From an uncultured Actinomycetes bacterium (GTDB taxonomy: Bacteria; Actinomycetota; Thermoleophilia; Gaiellales; Gaiellaceae): 64,000 nt of DNA. Made by a program: the position numbers and the translations under genes. The notes beneath the pieces were generated by a model. That model worked only from the letters and a program-made list of their open reading frames with translations, did no database searches and was not told the origin of the DNA. The stretch lies in assembly GCA_963820725.1 (NCBI GenBank), contig CAWGAZ010000005.1, forward strand, positions 9,241-73,240. Direction: 5' to 3'. Shown in pieces: positions 16,491 through 25,305 of this stretch (positions are counted from its first letter, which is position 1; every line of letters begins with the position of its first letter).

Positions 16491-17162
16491 TTATGCCACT
16501 GGCACCGCGGGAGTCTTTTCGATCTTCGCCTTCTTCGCGAACGAGAGGACCGTCTGCGGATTCCGGAGCGCCCCGAGGCCCGCGAGGATCCCGAAGCCGA
16601 TCCCGGTGAGGAGAAGGGCGATCCCGACCACGATCCCGAACAGTGCGATCCGCGAAGCCATGAAGCTCATGTTCAGGGCGTTCGTGAGTGCGGTCTCGCT
16701 GATCCAGACCTGCCGAGCGCCGTTCTGCATCGGCTGCTTCGTCTGGGGATCGATCGCGGCGAACTTGGCGTTGTCCGTGCCGCCGCCCACCATCAGCTGT
16801 GACTTCGGCGTTCCGGGCTTCGCCGTGTAGATGCCCATCTGGGCGTACGTGTAGCCGCCCGTTGCCTCGAGCGCGTGGATGTGCATGTACTGCGCCATCG
16901 CCTGCGCCTCGGGGCCGGTGTTGATCGTCTTGCCGGCGATGTTCATGGTCGGCCACTGCTGGACCGCCGACGCGATACCCGCCTTCTGTGCCTCGGCCTT
17001 GATCGCCGAGGGCGTCATGTCCGATCCCGCGACGATGTACTCGTGCGAGAGGCTGTTGTTGACGGTGTTCTTTCCGTTGACCCCCATCGCGATGGCGACG
17101 ACGCCAAATACGACGAGGATGGCGGCTGCGATGAACCCGCCGATCTCCAGTGCCTTGCGCAT
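16491..17162 (-). CDS. membrane protein with N- and C-terminal TM helices flanking an exported domain, function unknown
   Basis: MRKALEIGGFIAAAILVVFGVVAIAMGV...(about 150 aa polar domain)...IALFGIVVGIALLLTGIGFGILAGLGAL... AAGGAG lies 8 nt before ATG 17162. The upstream Arg-rich part of ORF-track 16491..17405 is rejected. Confidence 0.65.
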   Translation of the reverse strand: MRKALEIGGFIAAAILVVFGVVAIAMGVNGKNTVNNSLSHEYIVAGSDMTPSAIKAEAQKAGIASAVQQWPTMNIAGKTINTGPEAQAMAQYMHIHALEATGGYTYAQMGIYTAKPGTPKSQLMVGGGTDNAKFAAIDPQTKQPMQNGARQVWISETALTNALNMSFMASRIALFGIVVGIALLLTGIGFGILAGLGALRNPQTVLSFAKKAKIEKTPAVPVA

Positions 17163-17304
17163 GTCCCGACTCCTTTCGAAACCGTTCTGCATTTCGGTCA
17201 GTTTCGGGCGAGGGCGCACGACCGCCATCCGGGCGGCCACCGAAGTCGCCGTCAGGACTTCCCTCGGCTCACTTGCGGGGAATCCCGGATGCGAGAAGAC
17301 AGAG

Positions 17305-19626
17305 CTACGGCGTGACGGCCGCCTCGGGCGGCCAGCGCCACTCGGCGACCTCGGGCGAGTCCTCGCCGTTCTCGCGCGCGTAGGCGCGCGCCCGGAGCCG
17401 GGCATCCTCCATCTCCTGGCGCAGATGCCCCGCCCGGTCGGCGAGCCCCGGCACGCGGTCGATCACGTCGACGACGAGGTGGTAGCGGTCGAGGTCGTTG
17501 AGCATGACCATGTCGAACGGCGTCGTGGTCGTGCCCTCTTCCTTGTAGCCGCGCACGTGGAGGTTGGCGTGGTTCGTGCGCCGGTAGGTGAGCCGGTGGA
17601 TCAGCCACGGGTAGCCGTGGTAGGCGAACACGACCGGGCGAGAGGTGGTGAAGAGGGAGTCGAACTCGTGGTCGGGCAGCCCGTGGGGGTGCTCGCTCTC
17701 GGGCTGGAGACGCATGAGGTCGACGACGTTGACGACGCGCACCCGGAGCTCGGGCAGCCGCTCGCGGAGAATCGCGGCCGCGGCGAGCGTCTCGAGCGTG
17801 GGCACGTCGCCGCAACAGCCGAGGACGACATCCGGCTCCCCGGCGTCGTCCGATGACGCCCAGTCCCAGATCCCGATCCCGCGCGTGCAGTGGAGGATCG
17901 CCTCGTCCATGGTCAGGAACTGCAGCGCCGGCTGCTTGCCGGCGACGATCACGTTCACGTAGTGCCGGCTGCGCAGGCAATGGTCGGCCACCGAGAGGAG
18001 GCAATTCGCGTCGGGCGGGAGGTAGACGCGGATGATCTCGGCCTTCTTGTTCACGACGTGGTCGATGAAGCCAGGATCCTGATGCGAGAAGCCGTTGTGA
18101 TCCTGCCGCCAGACGTGCGAGCTGAGGAGGTAGTTGAGCGACGCGAGCGGCCGCCGCCACGGGATCCCGTGCGTGACCTTCAACCACTTCGCGTGCTGGT
18201 TGAACATCGAGTCCACGATGTGGATGAACGCCTCGTAGCAGTTGAAGAGCCCGTGCCGTCCCGTGAGGAGGTAGCCCTCGAGCCAGCCCTGGCACTGGTG
18301 CTCGGACAGCATCTCGACGACCCGGCCGCTCGGCGCGAGGTGCTCGTCGATCGGTTCAACGCGCGCGTTCCACTGCTTGTCCGTGACCTCGAAGACGCCG
18401 CCGAGCCTGTTCGACGCGGTCTCGTCGGGCCCGAAGATGCGGAAGTTGTCGGGATTCGCGCGCACGACCTCGGTCAGCCAGCTCCCGAGCACGCGGGTCG
18501 CCTCGGCCGTCGTCTCACCGGGCTTCTCCACCGTGACCGCGAAGTCGCGAAAGTCCGGCAGGTCGAGGTCACGCAGCACGAGCCCGCCGTTCGTCTTCGG
18601 GTTGCCCGACATCCGGCGCTCGCCCTCGGGCGCGAGCGATACGAGCTCCGCGCGGAGCGCGCCGTCGTCGTCGAACAGCTCCTCGGGCCGGTAGCTCCGC
18701 AGCCACTCTTCGAGCTGCTGGAGATGCCCCGGGTTCGTCCGGACCTCGGCGAGCGGGACCTGATGTGCCCGCCAGGTCCCCTCCACCTGCAGCCCGTCGA
18801 CCTCGCGCGGGCCCGTCCAGCCCTTCGGCGTACGGAAGACGATTGCGGCGCGCCGGTCGTCGAGCGCGCGGTCGAGCAGCTCGGCGAAGCGGCCGTGGAT
18901 CGAGAGAAAGTCCTCGTCGTCGAAACCGGCCGTGAAGACGAGCGGCTCGTGCCCGTAGCCGCGCAGGAGCGACGCGAGCTCGTCGTCGGGGATCCGCGCG
19001 AGCACGGTCGGGTTCGCGATCTTGTAGCCGTTGAGGTGGAGGATCGGCAGGACGCGTCCGTCCCGCTCCGGATTCATGAACTTGTTCGAGTGCCAGCTGG
19101 TTGCGAGCGGCCCGGTCTCCGCCTCGCCGTCGCCGACGACGCAGGCGACGGTCAGGCGGGGATTGTCGAAAGCGGCCCCGTACGCGTGCGAGAGGGCGTA
19201 GCCGAGCTCGCCGCCCTCGTGGATGGAGCCGGGCGTCTCGGGCGCGGCGTGACTCGGGATCCCACCCGGGAACGAGAACTGCCGGAACAGCGCGCGTAGA
19301 CCGGCCTCGTCGCGCGACACGTGCGGATAGAGCTCGCTGTAGGTGCCCTCGAGATACGACTGCGAGACGACCGCAGGGCCTCCGTGGCCGGGCCCACAGA
19401 CGAAGATCGTGTCGAGGTCACGTTCCCGGACCGCGCGGTTCAGGTGCGTGTAGAGGAAGTTCAGGCCCGGCGTCGTCCCCCAGTGGCCGAGCAAGCGCGG
19501 CTTCACGTGCTCGGGCCGCAGCGGCTCGCGCAGGAGCGGGTTGTCGAGCAGGTAGATCTGCCCGATCGAGAGGTAGTTCGAGGCGCGCCAGTACGCATCC
19601 AGCGCGCGCAGCTCGTCGTCGGTCAC
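17305..19626 (-). CDS. xfp: phosphoketolase (xylulose-5-P/fructose-6-P)
   Basis: 773-aa ORF: ...[24 protein letters not shown]...[12 protein letters not shown]...GPGHGGPA...EGGELGY... Confidence 0.95.
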   Translation of the reverse strand: MTDDELRALDAYWRASNYLSIGQIYLLDNPLLREPLRPEHVKPRLLGHWGTTPGLNFLYTHLNRAVRERDLDTIFVCGPGHGGPAVVSQSYLEGTYSELYPHVSRDEAGLRALFRQFSFPGGIPSHAAPETPGSIHEGGELGYALSHAYGAAFDNPRLTVACVVGDGEAETGPLATSWHSNKFMNPERDGRVLPILHLNGYKIANPTVLARIPDDELASLLRGYGHEPLVFTAGFDDEDFLSIHGRFAELLDRALDDRRAAIVFRTPKGWTGPREVDGLQVEGTWRAHQVPLAEVRTNPGHLQQLEEWLRSYRPEELFDDDGALRAELVSLAPEGERRMSGNPKTNGGLVLRDLDLPDFRDFAVTVEKPGETTAEATRVLGSWLTEVVRANPDNFRIFGPDETASNRLGGVFEVTDKQWNARVEPIDEHLAPSGRVVEMLSEHQCQGWLEGYLLTGRHGLFNCYEAFIHIVDSMFNQHAKWLKVTHGIPWRRPLASLNYLLSSHVWRQDHNGFSHQDPGFIDHVVNKKAEIIRVYLPPDANCLLSVADHCLRSRHYVNVIVAGKQPALQFLTMDEAILHCTRGIGIWDWASSDDAGEPDVVLGCCGDVPTLETLAAAAILRERLPELRVRVVNVVDLMRLQPESEHPHGLPDHEFDSLFTTSRPVVFAYHGYPWLIHRLTYRRTNHANLHVRGYKEEGTTTTPFDMVMLNDLDRYHLVVDVIDRVPGLADRAGHLRQEMEDARLRARAYARENGEDSPEVAEWRWPPEAAVTP

Positions 19627-19640
19627 GAGAATCCCCTTCC

Positions 19641-20561
19641 ATCGACGTCCTGGTTGTCAACGCGGGCTCCACGAGCCTCAAGCTTCACCTCGTCGCCGGG
19701 AACGAATCCCGGCAGGTGGACGAGTTCGTCGCGGCGGACGCGGTCGGCCACCGCGTCGTCCACGGCGGGCGCCGCTTCGTCGGCCCGACGCTCGTGGACG
19801 GCGCGGTAGAGCAGGCGATCGAGGAGCTCTCGGTGCTCGCGCCGCTCCACAACCGGCGCGCGCTCGAGGAGATCCGCCGGGCACGCGAGGCGCTGCCGGA
19901 CCTGCCGCACGTGGCCGTCTTCGACACCGCCTTCCACCGCACGCTGCCGGCGGCTGCCTCGACCTACGCGATCCCTGGGCGGTGGCGCGACGAGTGGGAG
20001 GTGCACCGCTACGGCTTCCACGGGATCTCCGTACAGTGGGTCGCCTCGCAGCTGGCAGTCGAGCGCCTGGTCGTCTGCCACCTCGGCGGCGGCTGCTCGG
20101 TGACGGCGGTGCGGGACGGACGTTCCGTGGACACGACGATGGGATTCTCACCGCTCGAGGGGGTTCCGATGGCCACCAGGTCCGGCTCCGTCGATCCCGC
20201 CGCGCTTCTCTATCTGCTGCGCGAGCGGCTGCTGACGGAGGCGGAGCTCTCGCAAGCGCTCGAGCACGAGTCCGGGCTGGCCGGACTCTCGGGCGGCGGG
20301 TCGGGAGACGTGCGGGAGGCCTCGGCGCTCGCCCTCGACGTCTTCGTCCACCGTGTCGCGGCCGCCGTGGGGGCGATGGCGACGGCCTGCGGGGGGATCG
20401 ACGTCCTCGCCTTCACCGGCGGGGTCGGCGAGCACGCCGACGGTGTGAGGGAGCGAATCGTCGAGCGCGTCCGCTTCCTCGGCGACTTCCAAGTCCAGGT
20501 CGTCGAGTCGCGGGAAGAGCGCGTGATCGCAGCAGAGACCCGCCGCCTGCTCGAAGCCTGA
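19641..20561 (+). CDS. ackA: acetate kinase (compact form), start codon unresolved
   Basis: [15 protein letters not shown]...HRVVHGG...APLHNRRAL...VAVFDTAFH...YGFHGIS...[10 protein letters not shown]...GFSPLEG..MATRSG..DP...FTGGVGEH. There is no ATG/GTG/TTG in frame at or upstream of the conserved VVNAGS motif. ATC 19641 is the nearest AUH codon. Confidence 0.75.
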   Translation: MDVLVVNAGSTSLKLHLVAGNESRQVDEFVAADAVGHRVVHGGRRFVGPTLVDGAVEQAIEELSVLAPLHNRRALEEIRRAREALPDLPHVAVFDTAFHRTLPAAASTYAIPGRWRDEWEVHRYGFHGISVQWVASQLAVERLVVCHLGGGCSVTAVRDGRSVDTTMGFSPLEGVPMATRSGSVDPAALLYLLRERLLTEAELSQALEHESGLAGLSGGGSGDVREASALALDVFVHRVAAAVGAMATACGGIDVLAFTGGVGEHADGVRERIVERVRFLGDFQVQVVESREERVIAAETRRLLEA

Positions 20562-20572
20562 GACCCGCTCGC

Positions 20573-21046
20573 TCAGGCCGAGGCGAAGGTCTCGCGGGGC
20601 CCGAGGCCGGCCGCGATCGCGCGGGCGATGTCGAGGGTGGAGATGACGCCAATTGGCCGGTGAGAGCCCGGGTCGGTCACCGCCAGATGCGCGATCCCGT
20701 ACTGGGCCATCAGGCTGCCGGCCTCGGCGATCGAGCTGTCGGCCGGGACGCTGACCAGCGGAGTCACCGCGGTCCCTCCGGCGGTCAGGGAATCGAGGTC
20801 GAGCTGGGTGGCGGCGACGAGATCCAGGTCGGAGACGACGGCCCAGAGCCGCGGCTCCTCACCGGGTTCGTCCGCGTGCTCGAACACGAAGACCGCGTGT
20901 ACGCCGAACGTCGCCATCATCCGCGCCACGACCCGGAGCGGCGTCTCGGGCGGGCAGCTGATGACACCGCGGCTCATGGCGTCTGCGACGGTCGCCGCCT
21001 CGAAGGCGACGGGCAGCTCCTCGCGGCGTTGTTCTGCGTACAGCAT
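20573..21046 (-). CDS. CBS-pair domain protein
   Basis: 157 aa with two CBS motifs (VADAMSRGVISCPPETPLRVVARMMATFGVHAVFV... and ...VTPLVSVPADSSIAEAGSLMAQYGIAHLAVTD...GVISTLDI). Confidence 0.85.
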   Translation of the reverse strand: MLYAEQRREELPVAFEAATVADAMSRGVISCPPETPLRVVARMMATFGVHAVFVFEHADEPGEEPRLWAVVSDLDLVAATQLDLDSLTAGGTAVTPLVSVPADSSIAEAGSLMAQYGIAHLAVTDPGSHRPIGVISTLDIARAIAAGLGPRETFASA

Positions 21047-21105
21047 GGGCGGATCGTCGCCGCGCGCCGCCGAAGCCGCATCCGGGTGAACTACGGAACC
21101 GGGGC

Positions 21106-21303
21106 CTAGCTGAGTCCGGCGTTCCTGCGGTCCGTGAACCAGCCCCAGATGAGCGCCAGCAAAGCGAGCACCAGGAACGCGGCGAGGAAGCCCCAGGCGT
21201 AGATCGCCTTGAGGAAGATGAACATCACGATGAAGAGCACAATCGCGCCGGCGACGAAGAGGCCCGCCATCTTGAACCAGAATTTCGCTCCACCTTCGTC
21301 CAT
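21106..21303 (-). CDS. small membrane protein (65 aa, 2 TM)
   Basis: MDEGGAKFWFKMAGLFVAGAIVLFIVMFIFLKAIYAWGFLAAFLVLALLALIWGWFTDRRNAGLS. Phe/Ile/Trp-rich, which is atypical for GC-driven shadow ORFs. Confidence 0.5.
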   Translation of the reverse strand: MDEGGAKFWFKMAGLFVAGAIVLFIVMFIFLKAIYAWGFLAAFLVLALLALIWGWFTDRRNAGLS

Positions 21304-21353
21304 CTCAGCCTCACGATCTCCGGCGTAGTCGCGGGCGGCATCACCCGCTCGGG

Positions 21354-22094
21354 ATGATCCGGTCCACGGCGCGGAGCCGTGTCGACGGTGCGATAATCGG
21401 CGCTGGCGTGTCCGCTCAGCAGCCGCCTGCACCTGCTACCCCGGCGTCGTTTCGCCGACTGCGGTGGTTTGTCCTGGGAGGGGCCCTCGTCGTCGGGGTG
21501 GGCCTCGGGGCAGCGATCGCCGTTCTCCGACCTTCGAACACCAGTCCGGTCGTGGCGAGCTCGGCTGTGTCCGGTCCGCCGGTGACCTGGCCGGTCGGGA
21601 GGAAGCTCGCACCAGCGTTCACCTTGCGGAGCGAGAGCGGCGCTCCGATCTCGCTGAAGCAATTCCGCGGCCGCCCGGTGATCGTGACCTTCATCGATCC
21701 GCTCTGCCGGAACTTCTGCCCGCTCGAGGCGAAGACGCTCGACCGTGTAGTCGCCGGGATGCCTGCCTCGCAGCGGCCCGCGATCGTCGCCGTGAGCACC
21801 AACCGCTGGGCTGATGCTCGCGCGAACCTCTTGCTCGACAAGACCAAGTGGAGTTTGCCGAGTGACTGGCACTGGGCCGTGGGGGCACCCGCAGCGCTCG
21901 CCCGCGTGTGGAAGGACTACGCGATCGGAGTCAGCGTCGCGACGAGGACGATCGCCGGGATCAAGGTGCACCGGATCACCCACACGGAGGCGGCCTACGT
22001 GGTCGATCCGAGCGGCCACGAACGCGCGCTCTACCTGTATCCCTTCCGCGCGCAGGACGTCGAAGGCACCCTTCGATCGCTCGCACGTGCGTAA
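21354..22094 (+). CDS. SCO1/SenC-family thioredoxin-fold copper chaperone
   Basis: N-terminal TM (WFVLGGALVVGVGLGAAIAVL), then FTLRSESGAPISLKQFRGRPVIVTFIDPLCRNFCP (C-x3-C) and ...ITHTEAAYVVDPSG (conserved His). Confidence 0.8.
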   Translation: MIRSTARSRVDGAIIGAGVSAQQPPAPATPASFRRLRWFVLGGALVVGVGLGAAIAVLRPSNTSPVVASSAVSGPPVTWPVGRKLAPAFTLRSESGAPISLKQFRGRPVIVTFIDPLCRNFCPLEAKTLDRVVAGMPASQRPAIVAVSTNRWADARANLLLDKTKWSLPSDWHWAVGAPAALARVWKDYAIGVSVATRTIAGIKVHRITHTEAAYVVDPSGHERALYLYPFRAQDVEGTLRSLARA

Positions 22095-23082
22095 GGCCGC
22101 GCTCGCACTGACGACCGCCCTCCTTGCAGCCGCCCTGGTTCCGTCGGCCGCGTCCGCTCACGTCGGCCGGGTCCCGCCGGCGGCAACCGACTATCTCGCG
22201 CGCGTCTCATCGATTCCCCCAGGCCTCACCGCCCGGGTGGTCGACGGCGACCAGGCGATCTGGATGCGCGTGAAGCCGTCCCTGACCGTCGTGGTCACCG
22301 GTCTCCGCGGAGAGCGGTACCTGCGCTTCTCACCGTCCGGCGTCGCCGTCAACACGCGGTCTGCGACCTGGTTCCTCAACCGCGTGCGTCCCGAGGTCGT
22401 CCCGCGAGGGCTCACAGCGAGCACGCCGGCGAACTGGAAGCTGCTCACCTCGCACCACTCGTGGATGTGGCACGACGGCCGTCTGCATGCAGCCGCTCTC
22501 TCGGCGCATCCGGCCGGGAACGTCTTCGTGGGCCGCTGGACGGTCCCGATCGTGGTGGACGGCCGAGGCACGTCGATCCGAGGTGGTCTCTGGCAGTCGG
22601 CGCACGCTTCGCTCCTCTGGTTCTGGCCGCTGCTCGTGGCTGCTGCGTGCATCCCCGCGCTGCTGAAGCTACGAGAAGCGCGGCTCGAGGCTCAGGTCAG
22701 CGCGATACTTGCCGCCGTTGCGCTGGTCTCCGCGACGACCGCCCGCCTCGGTCGTGAGCTCTACGGACGGCCGACGGTCTCGTCCTGGCAGCTCGTGCTC
22801 GTGGGCTCCACCTGTCTGATTGCCATCGGTCTGGCCGCTCTCTATAGCCGCCCGACCTGGCGCGCGCTGGGCGGAATCGCGATCGGGATCGCTGCGGCCG
22901 CCCAGGGGCTCGAGCTCGTCTCGACGCTGCGTGACGGCTGGGTTCTGGCTGTGGTTCCCGCCTGGCTCGAGCGAAGCGCAGCGGGGATCTCACTCGCGTC
23001 GGGTGTCGCGCTGGTTCTGATGTCGCTCACCCTCGGAATCGGCGACCGCACCGGGGAGCCCGAGCCGCTAGCGCAGCGCTGA
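22087..23082 (+). CDS. exported/membrane protein with predicted mature N-terminal His and a C-terminal multi-TM region, function unknown
   Basis: GTG 22087 overlaps the SCO1 stop. Signal peptide VRKAALALTTALLAAALVPSAASA|HVGRVPP... About 150 aa soluble domain, then 4-5 TM helices (LLWFWPLLVAAACIPALL, ILAAVALVSATTA, LVLVGSTCLIAIGLAALY, ...). Confidence 0.6.
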   Translation: MRKAALALTTALLAAALVPSAASAHVGRVPPAATDYLARVSSIPPGLTARVVDGDQAIWMRVKPSLTVVVTGLRGERYLRFSPSGVAVNTRSATWFLNRVRPEVVPRGLTASTPANWKLLTSHHSWMWHDGRLHAAALSAHPAGNVFVGRWTVPIVVDGRGTSIRGGLWQSAHASLLWFWPLLVAAACIPALLKLREARLEAQVSAILAAVALVSATTARLGRELYGRPTVSSWQLVLVGSTCLIAIGLAALYSRPTWRALGGIAIGIAAAAQGLELVSTLRDGWVLAVVPAWLERSAAGISLASGVALVLMSLTLGIGDRTGEPEPLAQR

Positions 23083-23757
23083 GCGGGCCGCACGGCGCCT
23101 GACCACGAAGAGCGCCGCAACACCCAGCAGGATCGCTGCGACGACGGCGACGATGATCTCGGCCCGACTCGTGCCGCCGCTCGGCTGATTCGCAAACCCG
23201 GGGCCTCCGCTCGTCGACGCCTTCACGCCTGACGCTGCGGCGAGCTTGACCACTGCCTTCGTCGCCGCGGTCGCCAGGCCCTCCGGAGTCGGGTCGACCT
23301 TTATCCCGGCAATTGCCCGGTAGCCGGCGGCCGGGTTGTGCTTCCACTGCGCGAAGCCGAGGCCCTGCGGCATCACCACGAGAAGCCGGGTCGTGGTCTT
23401 GAAGCGACCTCCCGAACAAGAGCCACCCCACCAGCACTTCGAGTCTTCGATATCGAGAAACTTCGCGTACCCTCGCGGCTCGCCGAAGAGTCCCGCGAGA
23501 GAGCCCAGGTCGTAGCTGCTCCAGATCAGGGCGACCTTGATCGGGAACCCTTGCTTGTTGGCCGAAGCGACCGCGGCGATGAGCTCTCGCTGCTGTGCGG
23601 GCGGGATCTTGGCGTCGTATGAGAGGAAGACCGGCTGCGAGACGAGGTAGTCGCTCGCCGGGTCGCCGTCCGCCCTCGCGAGCGGCGCCGCGATCCCGGC
23701 GAGGAGAGCGCAGAGGACGAGACAGATGCCGACGCGCGTAGCCTGCTGCCGATGTAT
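23068..23757 (-). CDS. exported protein with C-terminal TM anchor, function unknown; start codon unresolved (ATA 23757 or ATC 23727)
   Basis: ...RVGICLVLCALLAGIAAPLARA|DGDPASDYLVSQPVFLSYDAKIPPAQQRELIAAVASANKQGFPIKVALIWSSYDLG...EIIVAVVAAILLGVAALFVV. No canonical start lies near the signal peptide. The Arg-rich upstream 170 codons of ORF-track 23068..24288 are rejected. Confidence 0.55.
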   Translation of the reverse strand: MHRQQATRVGICLVLCALLAGIAAPLARADGDPASDYLVSQPVFLSYDAKIPPAQQRELIAAVASANKQGFPIKVALIWSSYDLGSLAGLFGEPRGYAKFLDIEDSKCWWGGSCSGGRFKTTTRLLVVMPQGLGFAQWKHNPAAGYRAIAGIKVDPTPEGLATAATKAVVKLAAASGVKASTSGGPGFANQPSGGTSRAEIIVAVVAAILLGVAALFVVRRRAARSALR

Positions 23758-24273
23758 CTGCGTCCCCTTGCGCTCGCGGCGGTCGTTGCCGTCTCGGGAC
23801 CCGTGCCGACGCCGGTGGGAAGCGGCCCCCGCTACCAGCCGCCTGCGAGATCGCCGGCCGCACGATTCGCCTGCCGCCCGGCGCCGCTCGATGCGGGTCC
23901 GCGTGTTCACGTCGAGTTGTTCGCTCGGCGGCGTGTCGTGATCGTCCCGGCTGCGATTGGGCTCGAGCGGGCGCATCTCCGGCTGGGCCGCGTGGTCCGC
24001 GCGGGCTGTCGCGGTCGCGTGTGGACACTCGATCCGAGTGGGATCGTCGACTACGAGGGCGCCTCGACTCTCGGTCGCCTCTTCCGCGCCTGGGGCCAGC
24101 CACTCGGCATGCGTCGTCTCGTGTCGTTTCGCGGCCTCGTTTCGGTCTACGTCAATGGGAGCCAGCGTCGGGGCGACCCGCGCAAGCTGCGGCTCCGGCC
24201 CGGTGCGGAGATCGTGCTCGAGGTCGGCGGCTACGTCCCACCCCATCGCAGCTTCCTCTTCCCGCCTCGCTGA
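23752..24273 (+). CDS. hypothetical exported protein (single N-terminal hydrophobic segment)
   Basis: MYLRPLALAAVVAV...HVELFARRRVVIVPAAIGLE...AGCRGRVWTLDPSGIVDYEGASTLGRLFRAWGQPLG...VSVYVNG...LRPGAEIVLEVGG. TAGCCT (23739-23744) lies 7 nt before the ATG. It resembles small actinobacterial proteins seen near metal/thiol clusters, from unverified recollection. Confidence 0.55.
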   Translation: MYLRPLALAAVVAVSGPVPTPVGSGPRYQPPARSPAARFACRPAPLDAGPRVHVELFARRRVVIVPAAIGLERAHLRLGRVVRAGCRGRVWTLDPSGIVDYEGASTLGRLFRAWGQPLGMRRLVSFRGLVSVYVNGSQRRGDPRKLRLRPGAEIVLEVGGYVPPHRSFLFPPR

Positions 24274-24284
24274 CCGCGGCCGCA

Positions 24285-24404
24285 TCATCCGCCTCCCAGC
24301 ACCGTGCGCAGCACATCGATCGCGACGACAGCGGCCGCGATGCCGCAGCCGAGGGCGACGAGGGCGGCAAGGAGGACGAGCGGAGCGGGCGCGGTGCGGT
24401 TCAC
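24285..24404 (-). CDS. possible 39-aa single-TM mini-protein coupled to the lipoprotein gene
   Basis: GTG 24404 overlaps the lipoprotein stop TGA 24403-24401 (GTGA). Sequence VNRTAPAPLVLLAALVALGCGIAAAVVAIDVLRTVLGGG. Ala/Leu/Val/Gly richness could also be GC-driven chance. Confidence 0.3.
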   Translation of the reverse strand: MNRTAPAPLVLLAALVALGCGIAAAVVAIDVLRTVLGGG

Positions 24405-25267
24405 GTCACGTGGAGGGTGAAGGGCGCGGTGACCACGTGTCCGTGCTGGTAGGTCAGCAGGAACATGCGCCAGTTTCCGGCCTCGGGGAGGAGCACGCCG
24501 ATTTTGAGTATGCCCGGAGCGGCCGAATGGCCCGTCACGCGCACGTTGCCGAGCGCCGAGAAGCAGTAGACGGCACCCGGTTTGCAGACATGAGTGTGCG
24601 AGTAGGCGAGCGAGCCCTGGTGGAAGAAGATCGCGTGCGCGAGCGCCCCGCGCCAGGTCGTGAAGTTCACCTTGTGTCCCGCCGGGTCGGTGACGCGAAC
24701 GACGAAGAAGGTCGGCTGGATCGCTTTCAGATGCGGGTGCCCCTGAACGGTGAAGTGGTAGCCGTCGACGACCTCGGTCGACCGGTAGGAAGGAAGCGGC
24801 TTCGGGTGGTAGTTGCCGCGCACGGTCACCCATTTGAAGAGCTGAAAGTTGAACGGGGTCGTCGGCCCGGTCACCTTCGGATAGGCGTCGACGACGATCC
24901 GATAGCGGCCGGGGGTCGGGAACGTGACGGGCACGCTGACCCGCCCATCGGCCTCTGCGTCGGCGTCGATGTACTGGACATGGCTGTCGTCGCTGCGGAC
25001 GACGATCAGATCGACTCCCGCGTGCGGGTCGCAACACTTCTTGTACCGGGTCAGCGTCTTGCCCGAAGGAGTCCGGATGGCAAAGGAGACGACGGTCCGC
25101 CGTCCCGGCATCACCGGAGCACCGGGCTTGAACCGGGTCAGCCCGAAGATGTGAGCGGGTAGGACCGTCGGGCCGGTGCTCTGTGCACCGGAGCCCCCGC
25201 CACAGCCCGCGACCACGGCAACGGCTAGGAGCGAGGCGAGGGCGATGAGCGAGCGATGGTGCGACAT
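24401..25267 (-). CDS. His/Cys-rich lipoprotein, putative metal-binding, function unknown
   Basis: MSHHRSLIALASLLAVAVVAGC|GGGS (lipobox). KKCCDPHAGVDLIVV, HPHLKA, GALAHAIFFH, YSHTHVCKPGAVYC, GHSAAPG, YQHGH. GGAAGGAG Shine-Dalgarno before ATG 25267. Confidence 0.7.
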   Translation of the reverse strand: MSHHRSLIALASLLAVAVVAGCGGGSGAQSTGPTVLPAHIFGLTRFKPGAPVMPGRRTVVSFAIRTPSGKTLTRYKKCCDPHAGVDLIVVRSDDSHVQYIDADAEADGRVSVPVTFPTPGRYRIVVDAYPKVTGPTTPFNFQLFKWVTVRGNYHPKPLPSYRSTEVVDGYHFTVQGHPHLKAIQPTFFVVRVTDPAGHKVNFTTWRGALAHAIFFHQGSLAYSHTHVCKPGAVYCFSALGNVRVTGHSAAPGILKIGVLLPEAGNWRMFLLTYQHGHVVTAPFTLHVT

Positions 25268-25305
25268 TCGTCGGAATCTCCTTCCGCTTCTTCGGATGGG
25301 CGTCC

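Noticed and set aside
17163-17304. Possible small RNA or tRNA in the 142-nt gap downstream of xfp
   Set aside because: Only imperfect hairpins are present. There is no cloverleaf, no conserved boxes and no T-run, which is insufficient evidence.
23758-24288. Upstream extension of the 23068 gene (ATG 24288 or GTG 23910 start)
   Set aside because: The extension is Arg-rich (RRRAAGESCGRRSRRRL...). It also overlaps the better-supported plus-strand ORF 23752..24273, which has its own -10 box.
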